This document shows positions 25,658 through 38,758 of a stretch of 64,000 bases of DNA, piece after piece; positions within the stretch are counted from its first letter, which is position 1, and every line of letters starts with the position of its first letter. A program made the translations under genes and the position numbers. The notes under the pieces were generated by a model, which saw nothing but the letters and a program-made list of their open reading frames with translations, did no database searches and had not been told where the DNA came from. The DNA is from Laetmonice hystrix (lineage: Eukaryota): assembly GCA_965235115.1 (NCBI GenBank), contig OZ249437.1:31372001-31436000 (forward strand). Direction: 5' to 3'.

Positions 25658-28594
25658 ATCAACGACATGAATCTCTATAATTAATTTAACAGTGTATATC
25701 TTTTGAAAGCAGCCTTTAGAACATGACAAATCCTTTGAATAATATAGTCTCATGAAAAGCGAATATGTTTTTCTGCTGAGGTAATTCACTGCCGGACGAC
25801 AGCATCATGAGGCACAGCTTGTGCGTATATAGAATGATCATTTCGACTACAAAACACATCGTCAATGATTAATAGTAACAACAGATAGTCCTTTTAATAA
25901 TCTGGAGAATAAGTTTCTCATGAAATGTCAGGACCAATAACTGACACAACACAGCAGAGACAGGACTTGTCTAGTGACCTTTTAGGAATATGTAATTTTT
26001 CAGGTCGTTGACATCAGATCTCTCCCGCTGCGCACAATTCAATGGAACGTATTGCCAGTAAAACATACTGGGAAAAAAATCCATAAAATCTTGGTGAACA
26101 CAGAATCACCGTCTAAAATACTATCAAATACCTGAATATTCGCACAAACCGTCCCGACCTCAAACCGTTGGTGTCAAGGTCTCATGATAGATGCCTACTT
26201 GTATCTTCTCACTAAGCGACCTATTGTCTCAAGTATTATGTATGGTCGACTATAGTCCCTGGCTAGAACCAGTCCACCACCAACAGACAGGTGTGGGTAA
26301 GCATCAACCAGGGGGATAATCCCCCCACACCTGATGGTCACACACGGCTTACCGCCAGGATCAGACCATCCCGGCTTGGGGTCATGGCACTCCGTACCTG
26401 CCGGCTTTCACACGACCCTGACAACGCAGGAAATCAACTGACAAAAATCACATCTCACCATATTAACATATACACTAACTCGTTAGGCGTGCACACCCAA
26501 TCACTCTTTTTTTTCTAATGAGCCCTATAACAGCCTGATTTGATATTCAAGAGGCGTCTAAAAGCCGATGAAGTTTCAAAATGAATCCCTGAATAATTGA
26601 ATAGCTGTGTTTTATGGTGTATGCATGGGTAATGTTGAACATACATGGGAGTGTTTTAGAGTTATCCGATCTGCTAACATCAGTGGCTGCTGCTGTTGTT
26701 GAGGTCCATAGTATAGAGACGGTGAGAGAGAATGCCACGGCCGGTTAACAGTGAATACATCACACACACACCGCCACACGTAATCTCAATTGGCCACTTT
26801 ATCCCCACTCAGGATTTACCGGCACTTACATTGATGGAACGAAAAACGTTCCTTAACCACAAAGAAATGGTTGTTATTTTTCATCCCGATGAGTTATCAC
26901 GAATTAGTCGGATAAAAATCTCACCAAACCTCCTGATGGCTATGCCACGGAATAGAGAATTAAAGAGGCTGATGTACAAAATAATGAAACAGAAGTGTGA
27001 TTTCGGACGTTTTCTGAGCGCCAAAACCTGACGGCTGATCGACTGACGGCTGTGTACAATAAAACCCCCATTCTAATGGTCCGGGTCAAGGCTTATCCAA
27101 CAGGGTCGCGGGGATTATCATAATCTCAGTACGAGGTCATTTCGAGGATTAACACACGTGATAGGCAAGGGACGTCTATGATGTAACATTGAAATCCATT
27201 CTCTTTGTAAGTTACTGAACACAAGTGTTATCAGAACAAAATCCAGACACAAAATTATAACGAGACCGTTTTGTGCTTGAGAAATGCGCTCACATTTGAA
27301 TCTGCACCCCCTCCCATTCCCTGCCCATTCCGACTCTTTCTGCCCATATCCTTTGGTGCTGTGATTTCTACAGAGAATATCCGTTTTGTATACGTGTACC
27401 TCTCCCTCAATCTCCGCCGAGTAAAATGCTGCTGCCCTCCTGGCTTACATGTCAATTTCCGCCCGATGAAATGCTCCTGTCCTGTTGAGGTGTGGACAAC
27501 TGGCGTTGGGTTACCTCTCTAACCGCGCCTTCCACCAAGCCCTTCTTCATACAGTACCATTGCCAATGCCCCCAATTTCTCCGCTATGAATCAAGGACCC
27601 GCTTCTGACGAGTCCTGCCCAGTTTTCCTTCAGACGAGGTCTGCTGTCGGGGATCTAATGTAAATTATCCAGTCAGTCCTCGCCGCCATTGTCATCGCTG
27701 ACATTGTCATCAGTCGCTGACATTCATTTCCGACCTGTCCTTTGTTGCCACACCGAATTCCTCGTTGACACCTCTAATGCCTCAATCCAAGTCAAGAACT
27801 CATTTTCTTCTCTTATGGCAGCCATTCACTTTTTTCCTATTTTCTAAAGACTTTAATCATTTGCGTTAATGCATGCCAATGAGGGAATGTATCAATTTTT
27901 TTCACACCGGTTGAGCACTGCCACTCCGCTGGATTGACAAATCATCACCATTATTGGAAACAACTATTTCATACTTTTATCCCGATTGTAACAAAATGGC
28001 TTCACACGCATATTGTCATCAATAAATTTCATATTATTCTTCATCACATTACTCGAGCTCCCTAGCAACCAACCCATGTTAATACTCTCAAATAGATGAC
28101 CCCCTTTCTTGCCGCAGTGCACCTTAAAACAAACTGGAGGAAAAAATGACACCATCCATTTTTGTTTACGAAAGCAATCCAATAATTACTGTGTCAGATT
28201 CGCATTCTTCAAAGGCCCAGATTGAAGCAATACCAAGGCACCTTTCTATGTAAATTACAGCTGCAGAAAAAAAAGAAGTGTTCATACTTTGTAATAGAAT
28301 TATCCAGTGAGGCGGGCAATGTACGTGGCGTATTGACGAGTTGCTAGGATATTGGTAATAGCTGCATGCTATGTCAGCGACGACAATCTATAGAACACCA
28401 GCGCCATCGCTACGCAGCCTATTACAAACGCAACCAATCATTTGTCAGCCACTCCACCATGGGTCTTCTTTTTTATCAAACGTAGAGCGCTCGCTGACAA
28501 AGCAGTGATTAGACTATGATTGGGGAAACGCCACCCTATCGAGTGATAACGTCCCACCCTGTGATTAATCCCCTACTGAGATTTTTTTTCAAAG

Positions 28595-28654
28595 AAGCAT
28601 GTCCCAAAGATTAAGGTAACTGTGAGACTGAAGACGAAGCGAGCTTGGCACGAG
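28595..28654 (+). CDS. Candidate exon (phase 0-0) KHVPKIKVTVRLKTKRAWHE
   Basis: Strong acceptor attttttttcaaag and strong donor GAG|gtaagc; 60 bp open. Confidence 0.45.
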
Positions 28655-31600
28655 GTAAGCTTGGCGAGGTGTCCGAACTACGACAGTCGTGGATAATACC
28701 ACCGTTATTGACCACCTATACGGGTATAGGGGGCGGCCCGCCTGGGGAGGTTTAGATTGCCAGGTATCGATGAGGACCACCAGATATCTAGTGTCCCACG
28801 ACGGGTAGTATTGCTCATTAAAGGCCAGGTAACGCCCCGTTCTGATACCCGATACACTTCCTGCACAGTCTATACCGACAACGGGCCAGTATCGTCACAT
28901 GACTTTCAGCGCTGACATTCAAAACTTCCCGTGTATAGAAATAAGATACAGTAGTTTGTCATAATCAAGAGGTGCTGCAAGGAAAAGTTCCCGGGCCGGC
29001 CGTAACAAGCTTTGTTAGAACGGACAGACAGACAGACAGCTTGCTAATGAGTGATCGGGTGTCACCATCAGCTCGAGTCTATACCCCCTAGCCTCCCACT
29101 CATTCCAACATTTCGCATACTCAGTCCCAACCAAACAGATGCCAGCGCTTGTGAAAATCATGCAGAAAGACAATTTACTCCTTTGATTACATTTTCTGCC
29201 GATATTTCCACACCCCCGGCAGGTGCTCCGTCACCATATTTCGTGGGTTTCAAGCCTTTACCTTGCGAGCCTGCACGCAACCTCTGGCCGCTAATTGTGA
29301 ACCAATTGTTCCGGTCCAACTCGAAGCCCATCTGGAACACCCGCCTCATCATGCGCGGATACCGAGATACCGTCTCACCTGGGCACCGCCATCTGACTAT
29401 GTCGCCAGTCATTAAAACTTTCAGAAAGATTGTCTTTATTGAACCCTAACTACAGCTGATTATATCAGAGTCCCAAACAAAGACTGAAAGGCTACTAACA
29501 CTTGCGCTGCCTGGAATACAGCGCCGTCAGGACAATTGGTGACCACTAACCACTAACCAGATTAAGATGACCAGGACTGCCGGTCGCTTGCCCTCTGGTG
29601 GAGAGGGCGCGATCTAATCTGGATGAGAATTTTCTGGCGTACGGCGGCTGGAGTCCATGTGTTATCCAAAAGTTCTTGGGTTACCTGGCGTGCCGCCAAG
29701 GGTTAGACTTATAGGGCTGACTGACTAACCGTGCAGTCAGTTACCTGGCCACCTGGCCGCTGTCAAACGGACCGTGGATGCAGTAGTCCAGGTGGACTCA
29801 TTAATGTGAGCTGGTTCACTCGTGTGTAACCAACTGTGGTATTATTATCTCTGGGGCAATCAACGTGACATTGACTGATCTACGAGGGGTAGACTTCTAT
29901 CACTGACAATATGTCCAGCCAGTACGGATATTGCTGGTCACGATATCACCGTCACTGTTTATGATTTTCCTGCATGAGGCAGTATTGTCAAGAATTACCA
30001 CCACAATGCTCTGGCCTGGGGCAGAATCTGTCGGGGTAAAGAGTACGTTTTCACGTACAGGACCGTTGGTTCTCATTCATTTTTGGGCTTCAAGGTAATT
30101 AGCTTTAATATAATTAGCCCGGGTTGGAGTACCCTTGGGTATTTTATCTTATATCGGACTCCAAACTCATTACGTTTCCCTTGGACATGGCCCCAGAACC
30201 AGGCACGTTTCCATGGGCAGGGTTTCTCTGTGTCGAGTATAGATCGATGTTTGAGGGTACTTCCCCTGCCGGTCTGTGGATCTGGGAGGACTGGCTCAGT
30301 GCGCCGCACCCCCAGCTCCATGCAGTCACAGCCACACGAGTGGCTGCACTCGGGTTAAAGCTGACGGTAAGTTAGGACAGAGAGCTTCCCACAGTACGGA
30401 CGTTTCCGTCCTTGTACCGGCCTCAGTCTGTCGACTGCCGGCGAAGGCCGACCTTCTGCCACGGCACACTCGCAATCTGCCGGCATGTGTTGGTTTCCGA
30501 GTGACTGCTCCCAAAGCACATGGCTCAGGGCGGTCTGTGTTCAACGCCAACCTTCACAGGAGGTGCAGGAGTTGTTGTCCTGGGGTGACTGGAGAACGTC
30601 TGACTGCAGAGTTCGCCCCCCGGATTCTCAGTTCTCAAGTCAGTGCCAAGTCCGGTGTCGCAGTCTATACTTTCCGCTGGTCTGAGCTTTCTACGTATCG
30701 GTAGGAATCAACGACCCTCAAATTTGGGAACTAGAGCTCTGAACGGGTCGGTACGTCAACCATCAATATACCAGATGAAGCAGCCATGACTGCCTGATAT
30801 TAGACAATAAGGTAATACGCCGGCGGAATATACAAACCGGCGGAAGGTAGAGTCTGTGACACCGGCATCCCATGCCCCCCCCCCACCCCTCCAACCCCTG
30901 GTGCCCAGGTCATGACGGTCCACCAAGACATCAGGCGGCCAGTCGCGGAGGTGTGCCCCATCGATCTCACCCCCATCCCTGTCCTAGCCCCTCATTAATT
31001 AATTACGGCGGACGTCCCGGTCCTCCGGTTGGTGGTCCCCTGACGGGGTGAGTGCTGACCTGGGTGTCCACCGCCTCAGGTGGTTCACCCATCAACCCTC
31101 CCCCACTGGACGAATTAGTTCTTTCCGTTCGGCCCGTACTCTCTGCCTACAACCGATACGCCTCCCAGAGGCCAGCTTCACTGCTATAGCAAAGGGCTGT
31201 TACCTCCTAAAGGTCTTCAATCAAGGATATTTCATTACGATCGCCACCGTACGTACGGTTCGACTTGGAAGGATCCGTATTTGCCGTGTTTTACAATCTG
31301 ATTGACACTCATCGTCTGTGCCCAATGATTGCCGTCAATCAGTCAATACGTCTAGTCTTCGCTTGACTTTCACGTCCTCAGGGTTTGGCTGTACGAGGTT
31401 TCCATTCTGTACGATCACCTGACCACTGCCATCAACTAAATCACTAGCCAAAAACAATTACTGCCCGTTCAGAGAAAAATACCTCAACTTGATGTATGAT
31501 GTGGGGGTTTTTTGTTCTACTCTAATCGATACTGCTTCCCAAATTAGACTCTGTCCCGATCTGCTGAGTGCAGAAAAACTATCAACGCCAACTGACACAA

Positions 31601-32439
31601 TGTTGTAGAGTGCAGTTCACTGTAAACGGTCTCAACTATTGGTTCTGACACAATTAGCATATATCGTGATCAGAAAACAGTTAGACCTACACCAATACAC
31701 TGATAAAACACAGTAGAATGGAAAAAGAAAATATTTCAGAGATGATATCTTGTTAAATGCCATAGATGACAAAGATAAGAAGTCATTTCTGCCATGTTAT
31801 ATCATTACCAATAAAATCCCATGATAATAGATTTTCTGTTATGATACTTCATAACTTGGCATGTATCTAGGTTTGGTCTATACCAGAATGTACCGGCATT
31901 TATATTCACTAACAGTCTGAAAGAGCTGACGAGTGAGAACGAGGTTGCACTCCAGGGTTTTCACTTTCCCCATTGTACATGTTTTTCTCACACCTTACCT
32001 TCACGACAACTTCCTGTTTTTAATCTCAGTGACAGAGACCCGTAATCGTGAAAGAGTAAAAGTTTTCTGGAGACGTACCGTGTCTGTTTTATTCATCTTC
32101 CACTGCTCTCCCTTCCCTCCACCCATCTTATTACCAATCCACAGAGCTCTTCTATCGAACATCCCTGCTCCCACCGAAAAATCACATTCATCATCATTAG
32201 GGCCTTGAGGGTAGAGTTGTCACGCGTCACACCTGTGGCTACAGATGGGGAGGACGGACAAAAACGCCAACAGCTCTTGTATTCATCAAACTTACAGGAT
32301 GCATTGTTCCTGGGGGGAGCTGTCGGAGCTAGAGGACATGGATATAACATATCTTCATACATATATAACACCACCTTGAGGGGCTTGTGGTGTTATTAGG
32401 AATGCATGAATTAATATAGAAGTAAAACTGAGTGCCTAC

Positions 32440-32496
32440 CTCATCTTGTAGCCTTTGGTATGGATGGAAGTAGTTAGAATTCTTTTCCATACATAC
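32440..32496 (-). CDS. Candidate exon, (R)YVWKRILTTSIHTKGYKM (phase 2-2) or VCMEKNSNYFHPYQRLQDE (phase 0-0)
   Basis: Minus-strand acceptor ccctttttattgtttcag and donor GAG|gtaggc; 57 bp. Confidence 0.45.
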
Positions 32497-33468
32497 CTGA
32501 AACAATAAAAAGGGCGATATATATAAAAACAGGTAGATTAAAACGCAGAGCAATTAATTTAAAATTCAAACAGCAATAACTTATATTGAATTACATGTTT
32601 CAAGTTTTTCTTTCTTATTTTACACTAGAGAGTCCACATCAAAATCCAGGAGGCGCAGAAATCCGCAATCCGAGAATTATCCAATCATTTTATTATGTCC
32701 ATACAAATCTTCAATAAAATGCAGAACAGCTTACTGTTTCAGTAGCCTTTGAACAGAAGAATCCGCAATACCATGCAGAGAATCTCCATTTTTTTTAATT
32801 TTGATCAAATCTGTTTATTTTAACAATGTTTAATATACGTTTAACTAGTCCGCTATACTTGATGTGCATACTGTTGGAAAAGATGATACAGATTCATATA
32901 GACTCCACTGTTAAAAATGCCCATGAATAATTACGAAATGTCTAATTTAATTAAACGAAATGATACACGGTCCCTTGATTTCGTCAGAACTCTGCAATCT
33001 ACTACTCCCCCAGGCAAACATGCCATATGGCACCGCTGGCACTCATGTCACTCAGCAGGAATTGTGCTCTCTCGCCCTGATTAATTAATCTAACCTCCAA
33101 ACCTCAGCCCCAGTCTTCACCCATGTCTTCAATTATTCATTATCTCAAGTCTATGTCTGGGAATTCCCTGCAGTATTTGAGGCGGACTCATTAGATCATA
33201 AAATAATAATAGATAATAAAAAATATTGCTAGCCTCATCACTTCATCTTCCTCTGAGCACGGAGTGTGCTCTTGAAAATGAAAAATCGTAATTGCTTAAG
33301 CTTCTGTACTCTTATTATATGTATAATGTTTTAAAAGATAATCACCTCAAAGGTTATTATTGTGTCCTAGAGTATAGACCGTCACACAGGAACTGGAAAC
33401 AGCTTCCACAAGATACAAACTCTATGTACGGAACATACTGAATGAATGTCGTGATCACTTATGGTGAG

Positions 33469-33514
33469 CTACCCCCCCCCCCCTCTTTTTATCTGGGAGG
33501 GGGGGGGGGGGTAG
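33469..33514. repeat. Homopolymer-stem inverted repeat cta(C)12tc...ga(G)13tag
   Basis: Arms at 33469-33485 and 33497-33514 with an 11-nt loop; they differ only by one base in run length. Confidence 0.85.
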
Positions 33515-34202
33515 AATGAATAAGCAAGACTCCTTCCGAAATGTGTCAGGTAAGTTATAAAGATTATATTCGCGTCTCTGTATAAGATTTAGACCTAATG
33601 GGTAAGATGATTACATCAGTGCGGGCTGAGTGACAATGAGGTCGATTAATTAGCTCCATGATTAACTTCCAGGTGTGAGGTGTAATGTTGATGGCCACTC
33701 TCATCAACACCTCGCCATTCTAACTGTGCTGTAGTAACCGCCGCACGGATACAGGTGCAAATTACTGCGCCATGGACCAACACCTAAAGAGTGGCACAAC
33801 AGTTCCGCCTAACTTATTGGACCGTAAGAGATTGTCTCGCTGCCAACTGTTCCGTCCTCCTCTCTGATCACACACGGCGCTCATTTTGTGATCTTTTCCT
33901 CGCTCTCCATTTACACAATGGTTTTTTTTTGCGGTTGGTCCGGCTGCTCATACTGAGAAACATGTGTTTCTCTTGTGACTAACGAAATTAGGCACACATT
34001 TCTGCATCTCCCTCCATCTGACCCTCCCTATAGCCTCTCCCTACATTTGGCCCTTCCCAGCCTCTACCTATAGGTCTCCTACATCAATCTGACCCTTCCC
34101 AGAGTCTTCTACATCTGAGCCATCTTAGCAGCCTTTCCATCTATCTTCCTCTTCCCAGCCCCTGTCCTCCCCAGCCCTTCCCTACATCTTAACCCTCTTC
34201 AG

Positions 34203-34584
34203 AATCCTTGCCTGTTTGAATCTCACCCCCTCTTCTGATGCATCCTCTGCTGTTTGCTGTGAGAAGATCAACCTTATGAAGGAGATCAGAGCCGGGAAGG
34301 AGCGACTCCGAGGTTTGCCGAGTCCATCTGATGTGGCCGAGCCTTTCCAATGTGATCGGCCTCTTATTTGTGCCCGGCCCACGGAGCTGGGTTGCAGTCT
34401 GCCGATAAGGAAGCGGGTCTGCGCCCCTCCAGTGTGCAGCCCTGCAGCTTTCAAAAGCTGCTGCCTTTCCAGCCCTGTTACATCAGCCTCATCTGTCATG
34501 CCTCCACTACAATGCTTCCCTGTCAGCATTTCCCGTCCACATCTCCCTTTGACAGCCAGGTGTCGTTCTATAGAACCTGTCTGA
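34203..34584 (+). CDS. Candidate (terminal) exon including KINLMKEIRAGKERLR and LPIRKR; unknown protein
   Basis: A long pyrimidine tract ends in ccctcttcag at 34202. It is followed by an open frame that continues as track ORF 34216..34584. Confidence 0.3.
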
Positions 34585-35553
34585 CAGCCTGCAGACTCAC
34601 AATCAACACTCCCCCCGCCCTACCTCCACTTCCTCAGCTAATCTCAAATACCAACACTCCACGTTTGTCTCCACTAATACGACTATCCCCCGCTCCAGCG
34701 GGAGGTGCACAAAATAAGGTCTTTTGAAGTCTGATAATTTATATCCTCCCAAATCAATAAAACAATTATTTAGATATTTCAAGTGGAACGTTCCAGTTAG
34801 AAGGACCAAGTTGGCTGTAATAAGAGACCAAACGTATTTCATTTTCTTCATCTTAAGTATTTTAAAGAAATCAATGCAAGATGCAGTTACAGTGTGTGCT
34901 CTGTACTTGATTCTCCCTGGGACTGTAACTCTCTCCAAGAAAACTGCTGCCCTAAATAAGCTCACCACAAAAACTAACTGTTCCTAGCCGCAAAACTGAA
35001 AGTGGATTTAGTTGAACAAGAAGTCTCTACCGTTCAACGCACACTTGCTAAGATGTATCAAAGATTGTCTTGTTAGCTATGTGTAAGGAAGTGGACTTTT
35101 CAAAACGAACGTTATCTTCCATCCTTTTCAATATGTTACAGCTAGTCATTACAGAAAGTGACATTCTCCACCTCGAACCCCACCACATTCATTCCGCCCA
35201 TTTTACCATTTCATCGTGCCCTTGCATTTCACCTTCCCCTCCAATTCCTGTGGACCCTCCCAAGTCCACCCTCCACAATCAGTACATGCATTTACCGTCC
35301 ACAGTCGGCAGTGGTGAAACTCTCCACAGTAACAGTAATAGAGGTGACAAAGGTAGACACACAAAAGGAATGCGCCAGAAATCAGGGCCGCCACGCAGCG
35401 CATGTCACTGCCAGCAAAGGCCATTTGGTGCGAAGCTCGCAGACAACAGCCACGTGAAGGTGTGCTGTTACCTTCTCCATATGTTCAATTCCCTGTGGGA
35501 AGTTCTCACAGAGAACCATACTGGTCCTACCTGGTAATCCTAGCTTCCCCAAG

Positions 35554-35638
35554 GCCAGAGATCCTGCACCAAATTCTGATACAAACTCAACAGAAACAGC
35601 ACCGGAAGAAGGAAAACAAGAAGAAGAAGAAGAAGAAG

Positions 35639-35670
<32 letters not shown>

Positions 35671-35727
35671 GTAGAAGGAAAAGAAAGGCAAGAAGGGCAA
35701 CGGAGGGCATTCAAGGGGGCTCTATAA
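35554..35727 (+). CDS. Candidate terminal exon ARDPAPNSDTNSTETAPEEGKQ(E)16VVEGKERQEGQRRAFKGAL*
   Basis: Acceptor cctagcttccccaag. Glu-rich codons flank the GAA run in the same frame, and TAA is at 35725-35727. Confidence 0.3.
35620..35667. repeat. (GAA)16 microsatellite
   Basis: Sixteen uninterrupted GAA triplets. Confidence 0.97.
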
Positions 35728-38700
35728 ATGAGTCTTGACTTTCTCTGACAAATCTTCCCCTTCATTTTTATATTTAAAAAAACAATCGCTGTGAATAGAC
35801 GTTAAAAGTTGGGAGCTGTTGGCCAGGACATTCCGTCTCATCCAGGTACCAAAGTTCCGTACGTCTGAAGTTTGTCCCTCGTCTGCCACCGCCTTCCCCC
35901 TCTTCACCCAAACATCCTACTGAGTGATACTGTGTGCTCATAAACACTGGCTGGGCCGTCGGCTCCCCCAGCAACACCTTCATGTAAACACGACCACTCC
36001 AATGTTACCAACACCTCCATCAGCATGGATACTCCTGCTTGATGGTAAGTACGTACAGCAACAACTGCCTGCACAACGCCTGTTTACTGTGGGCAAACCT
36101 TGTCAAGATTATCCTTTTATTTCCTCTAAGATGACCTGAGAGATATCTCTAGACCAAGCGTTTAGAAATGAAATGGTGGGAACCTCAAACTGTCTAGAGT
36201 TGCTTGCCAAACATCACTTTCCATTAGAAAAACTGCTGTGCCTATTAGCGAGTCACAAAGCGAGATTTATCCAGCGATAAGTATCATGGGACAACAATAT
36301 TTTGATAACCTTCGAGTCCTTTAGAAATGGCCTTGTGCCCACTGATCAGCCGCATCATGTCAAACCGAGTTGGCAGAGCGATCCAAAACTCTACTTGAAG
36401 TCTCGACAGACGGAAAAATCTCACAGCTGCAGTCGGTGGTACTCCTTGTATCTGTCAACAAACCGAACCTCCTCAAGAGAAATGGTCGATCCCTCCTCGT
36501 GCCCCAGTGCAGCGGCCAGCTCCTCCAACAGGTGTCAGGCCGATCGGCCTCCATATCAACAAACCCAGGCAGCAACACTTGGCCCGACCGCGAGAAACGC
36601 GATCGCTTCGTGACCGCCAATATGCCCATTATCCATTATTGTAATGGGTGTTGATTGTAACCTCGGCCCACATAACGAACGACACAGATTCAATTGGGAT
36701 GTGTGCACTCTCGGGTGACTCGTATGGAGTGTATTACAATCCCTAGCACGGTTTATCCCAACCTAAAATAGCGCCGTACTTTGGCAGCTTGCGGGGTTTC
36801 AAAGCAAACAGGGTCGGTCGTGTGGAGAAGCTCTTGTTGCGGGTAACGTACAAACACAGACACGGTGATACTAAACAAATAACGGTATATAGATCCTGGC
36901 TTGCCCAACACTGAGCCTATCCGACCGGCTGGCCGACATATAGCCTACCGGTCGATGTGTGAAACTTGTCTAGGCCACAGGAAACACTTCAAACCCCTTG
37001 TTTCCATTTAGTACGAGAGAAAATAAACACATTTAACCTTGTTGTCAGTCGTCCACGGAGGGAAGGGCAGAGCCGTTTCGGACTTTGTTGTTTTGAGCCC
37101 GCATTATATGGGTTTGGTTTTCAAAGGTTTACACCTAAATACCTGAGGCCCACGGTGTGACTCTGCGAGGTATCTCATCATGATTTACTGCACGAGATCA
37201 AGTCGCCATGGGGCTATTAACTTAATAAAACCACACAAATACATCGTACTCTATCTGGAATTCCTAAAAAAAACGGACCCTCACACATGACATAGACCTA
37301 TCTGACTATCTCCCTCAGCCTCTTGCGTTGTTATCAATGGCCCTCTCCATATGCGCATCATTTCTTCTGCCCGAACTTTTCTAATACGTTTGCCTGTTGC
37401 ATTACCTCTGTTCCTGTTGCTACCTTTGAAGGAGGTTCCATCAACGATCTTGAGTTCGCGGATATAATATGTTGTCCGCTGTTATGACGATGGCATCATG
37501 AGCCTCAACAGATCAAGGGGTGTTGTCCATTGTCGCTGGCAACATGAGGCGACCTCTCCCTCGCTCTCCCTACCTTGCCTTGCCCTGTTTATTATCACCC
37601 CCACCGTCCGGTCCGCTGACCCAGGCAGACGACACGCAACGAGACACGTGAACCATCGCAACAGGTGACCCGCCCCTTCTGTGCTCGTCGCTCCCCATTA
37701 GCCCCGACTTCTTGCAAACTGATGGCGCCGAGACGTTGGAGCAGCACCTGTGGCCCGCGGCTGGGCCTCCCCTGGCCCGCCGCCGGCAGACTCGAGTTTC
37801 ACAGCTCTACCCATCATCATCCAACACCACCCATTGATTTCTGCACGTCCCCCAGGGCCGCAAGACCCGCGGAAAACATTTATTTAGAGCCCATGGAAGC
37901 TTTTTGGTTGTCCTATTTTCAATTTCTCTTACTTAAAACCTATTACATTGGCAAGCGTTTTAAAAATGCTCCTAAGAGCAATATGATATTAGTGGATCCT
38001 CAAAAAATGTGTTAAAAAGTATTTCAAATTGCTTTCATTCTGTCCCAACGGTGTCTGCTAAATGTCAGCCCCATTGAGAACACGGTGGGGCCTGCTGAAG
38101 TGTGATGAAGCGGACCCTTGTTGGCCTGTGGACCAAAAAAATCTGGTGACAATAATGTGGAGGTAAAACTTGACTTCCCATGGGAAGCATGGAGCTGAAT
38201 AAGCTCTATCCATTCCACAACGTCTGTGCAATCAACTTAAGTAACATTACTTGAAAATGACAATAAAACTATTAGAAGCCCACAGAGAACATGCATTAAT
38301 CATAAGGTTGCCATTTGACAGCTGCCTTTCAGCTTTACAGAGCTGGATAATCCAACGCTCAAAATCAAAGTGTTTTCAGAGAAATTCAATCATTTCGTAC
38401 ACAAATTTTCTTGTAGGTAAACTTGCGAGGACTTTATATTATTGCACAAGATTCTATTCTGGTCTCTGCCAACATTGTCCTAATTATGACCACTACGACG
38501 GCTTCTAATAGGCAAGTGTTAACGAGGGGTAATCAGATTATATAATGGAGTAAGACCGTAACAATATACCATTGTACACCCAATGATACGTACCGTATAG
38601 AACGAGGCCGAGGTTTCACACGTTGGCCTCAGCAATGTCCAATAACGACAGGCTCAGATTCTCGGTATACAGAATTAAATTTGTACTTTGGGGATTCCTA

Positions 38701-38758
38701 GCTGTCGAAATGGAATCTTGTCTTTCATCGCATAAATATCGAGCAGCTCAAAATGTAC

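Noticed and set aside
30124-30375. Exon call in the 30.1-30.4 kb GC-rich tract
   Set aside because: Three different frames on two strands all look plausible, with competing splice sites, so the frame cannot be assigned.
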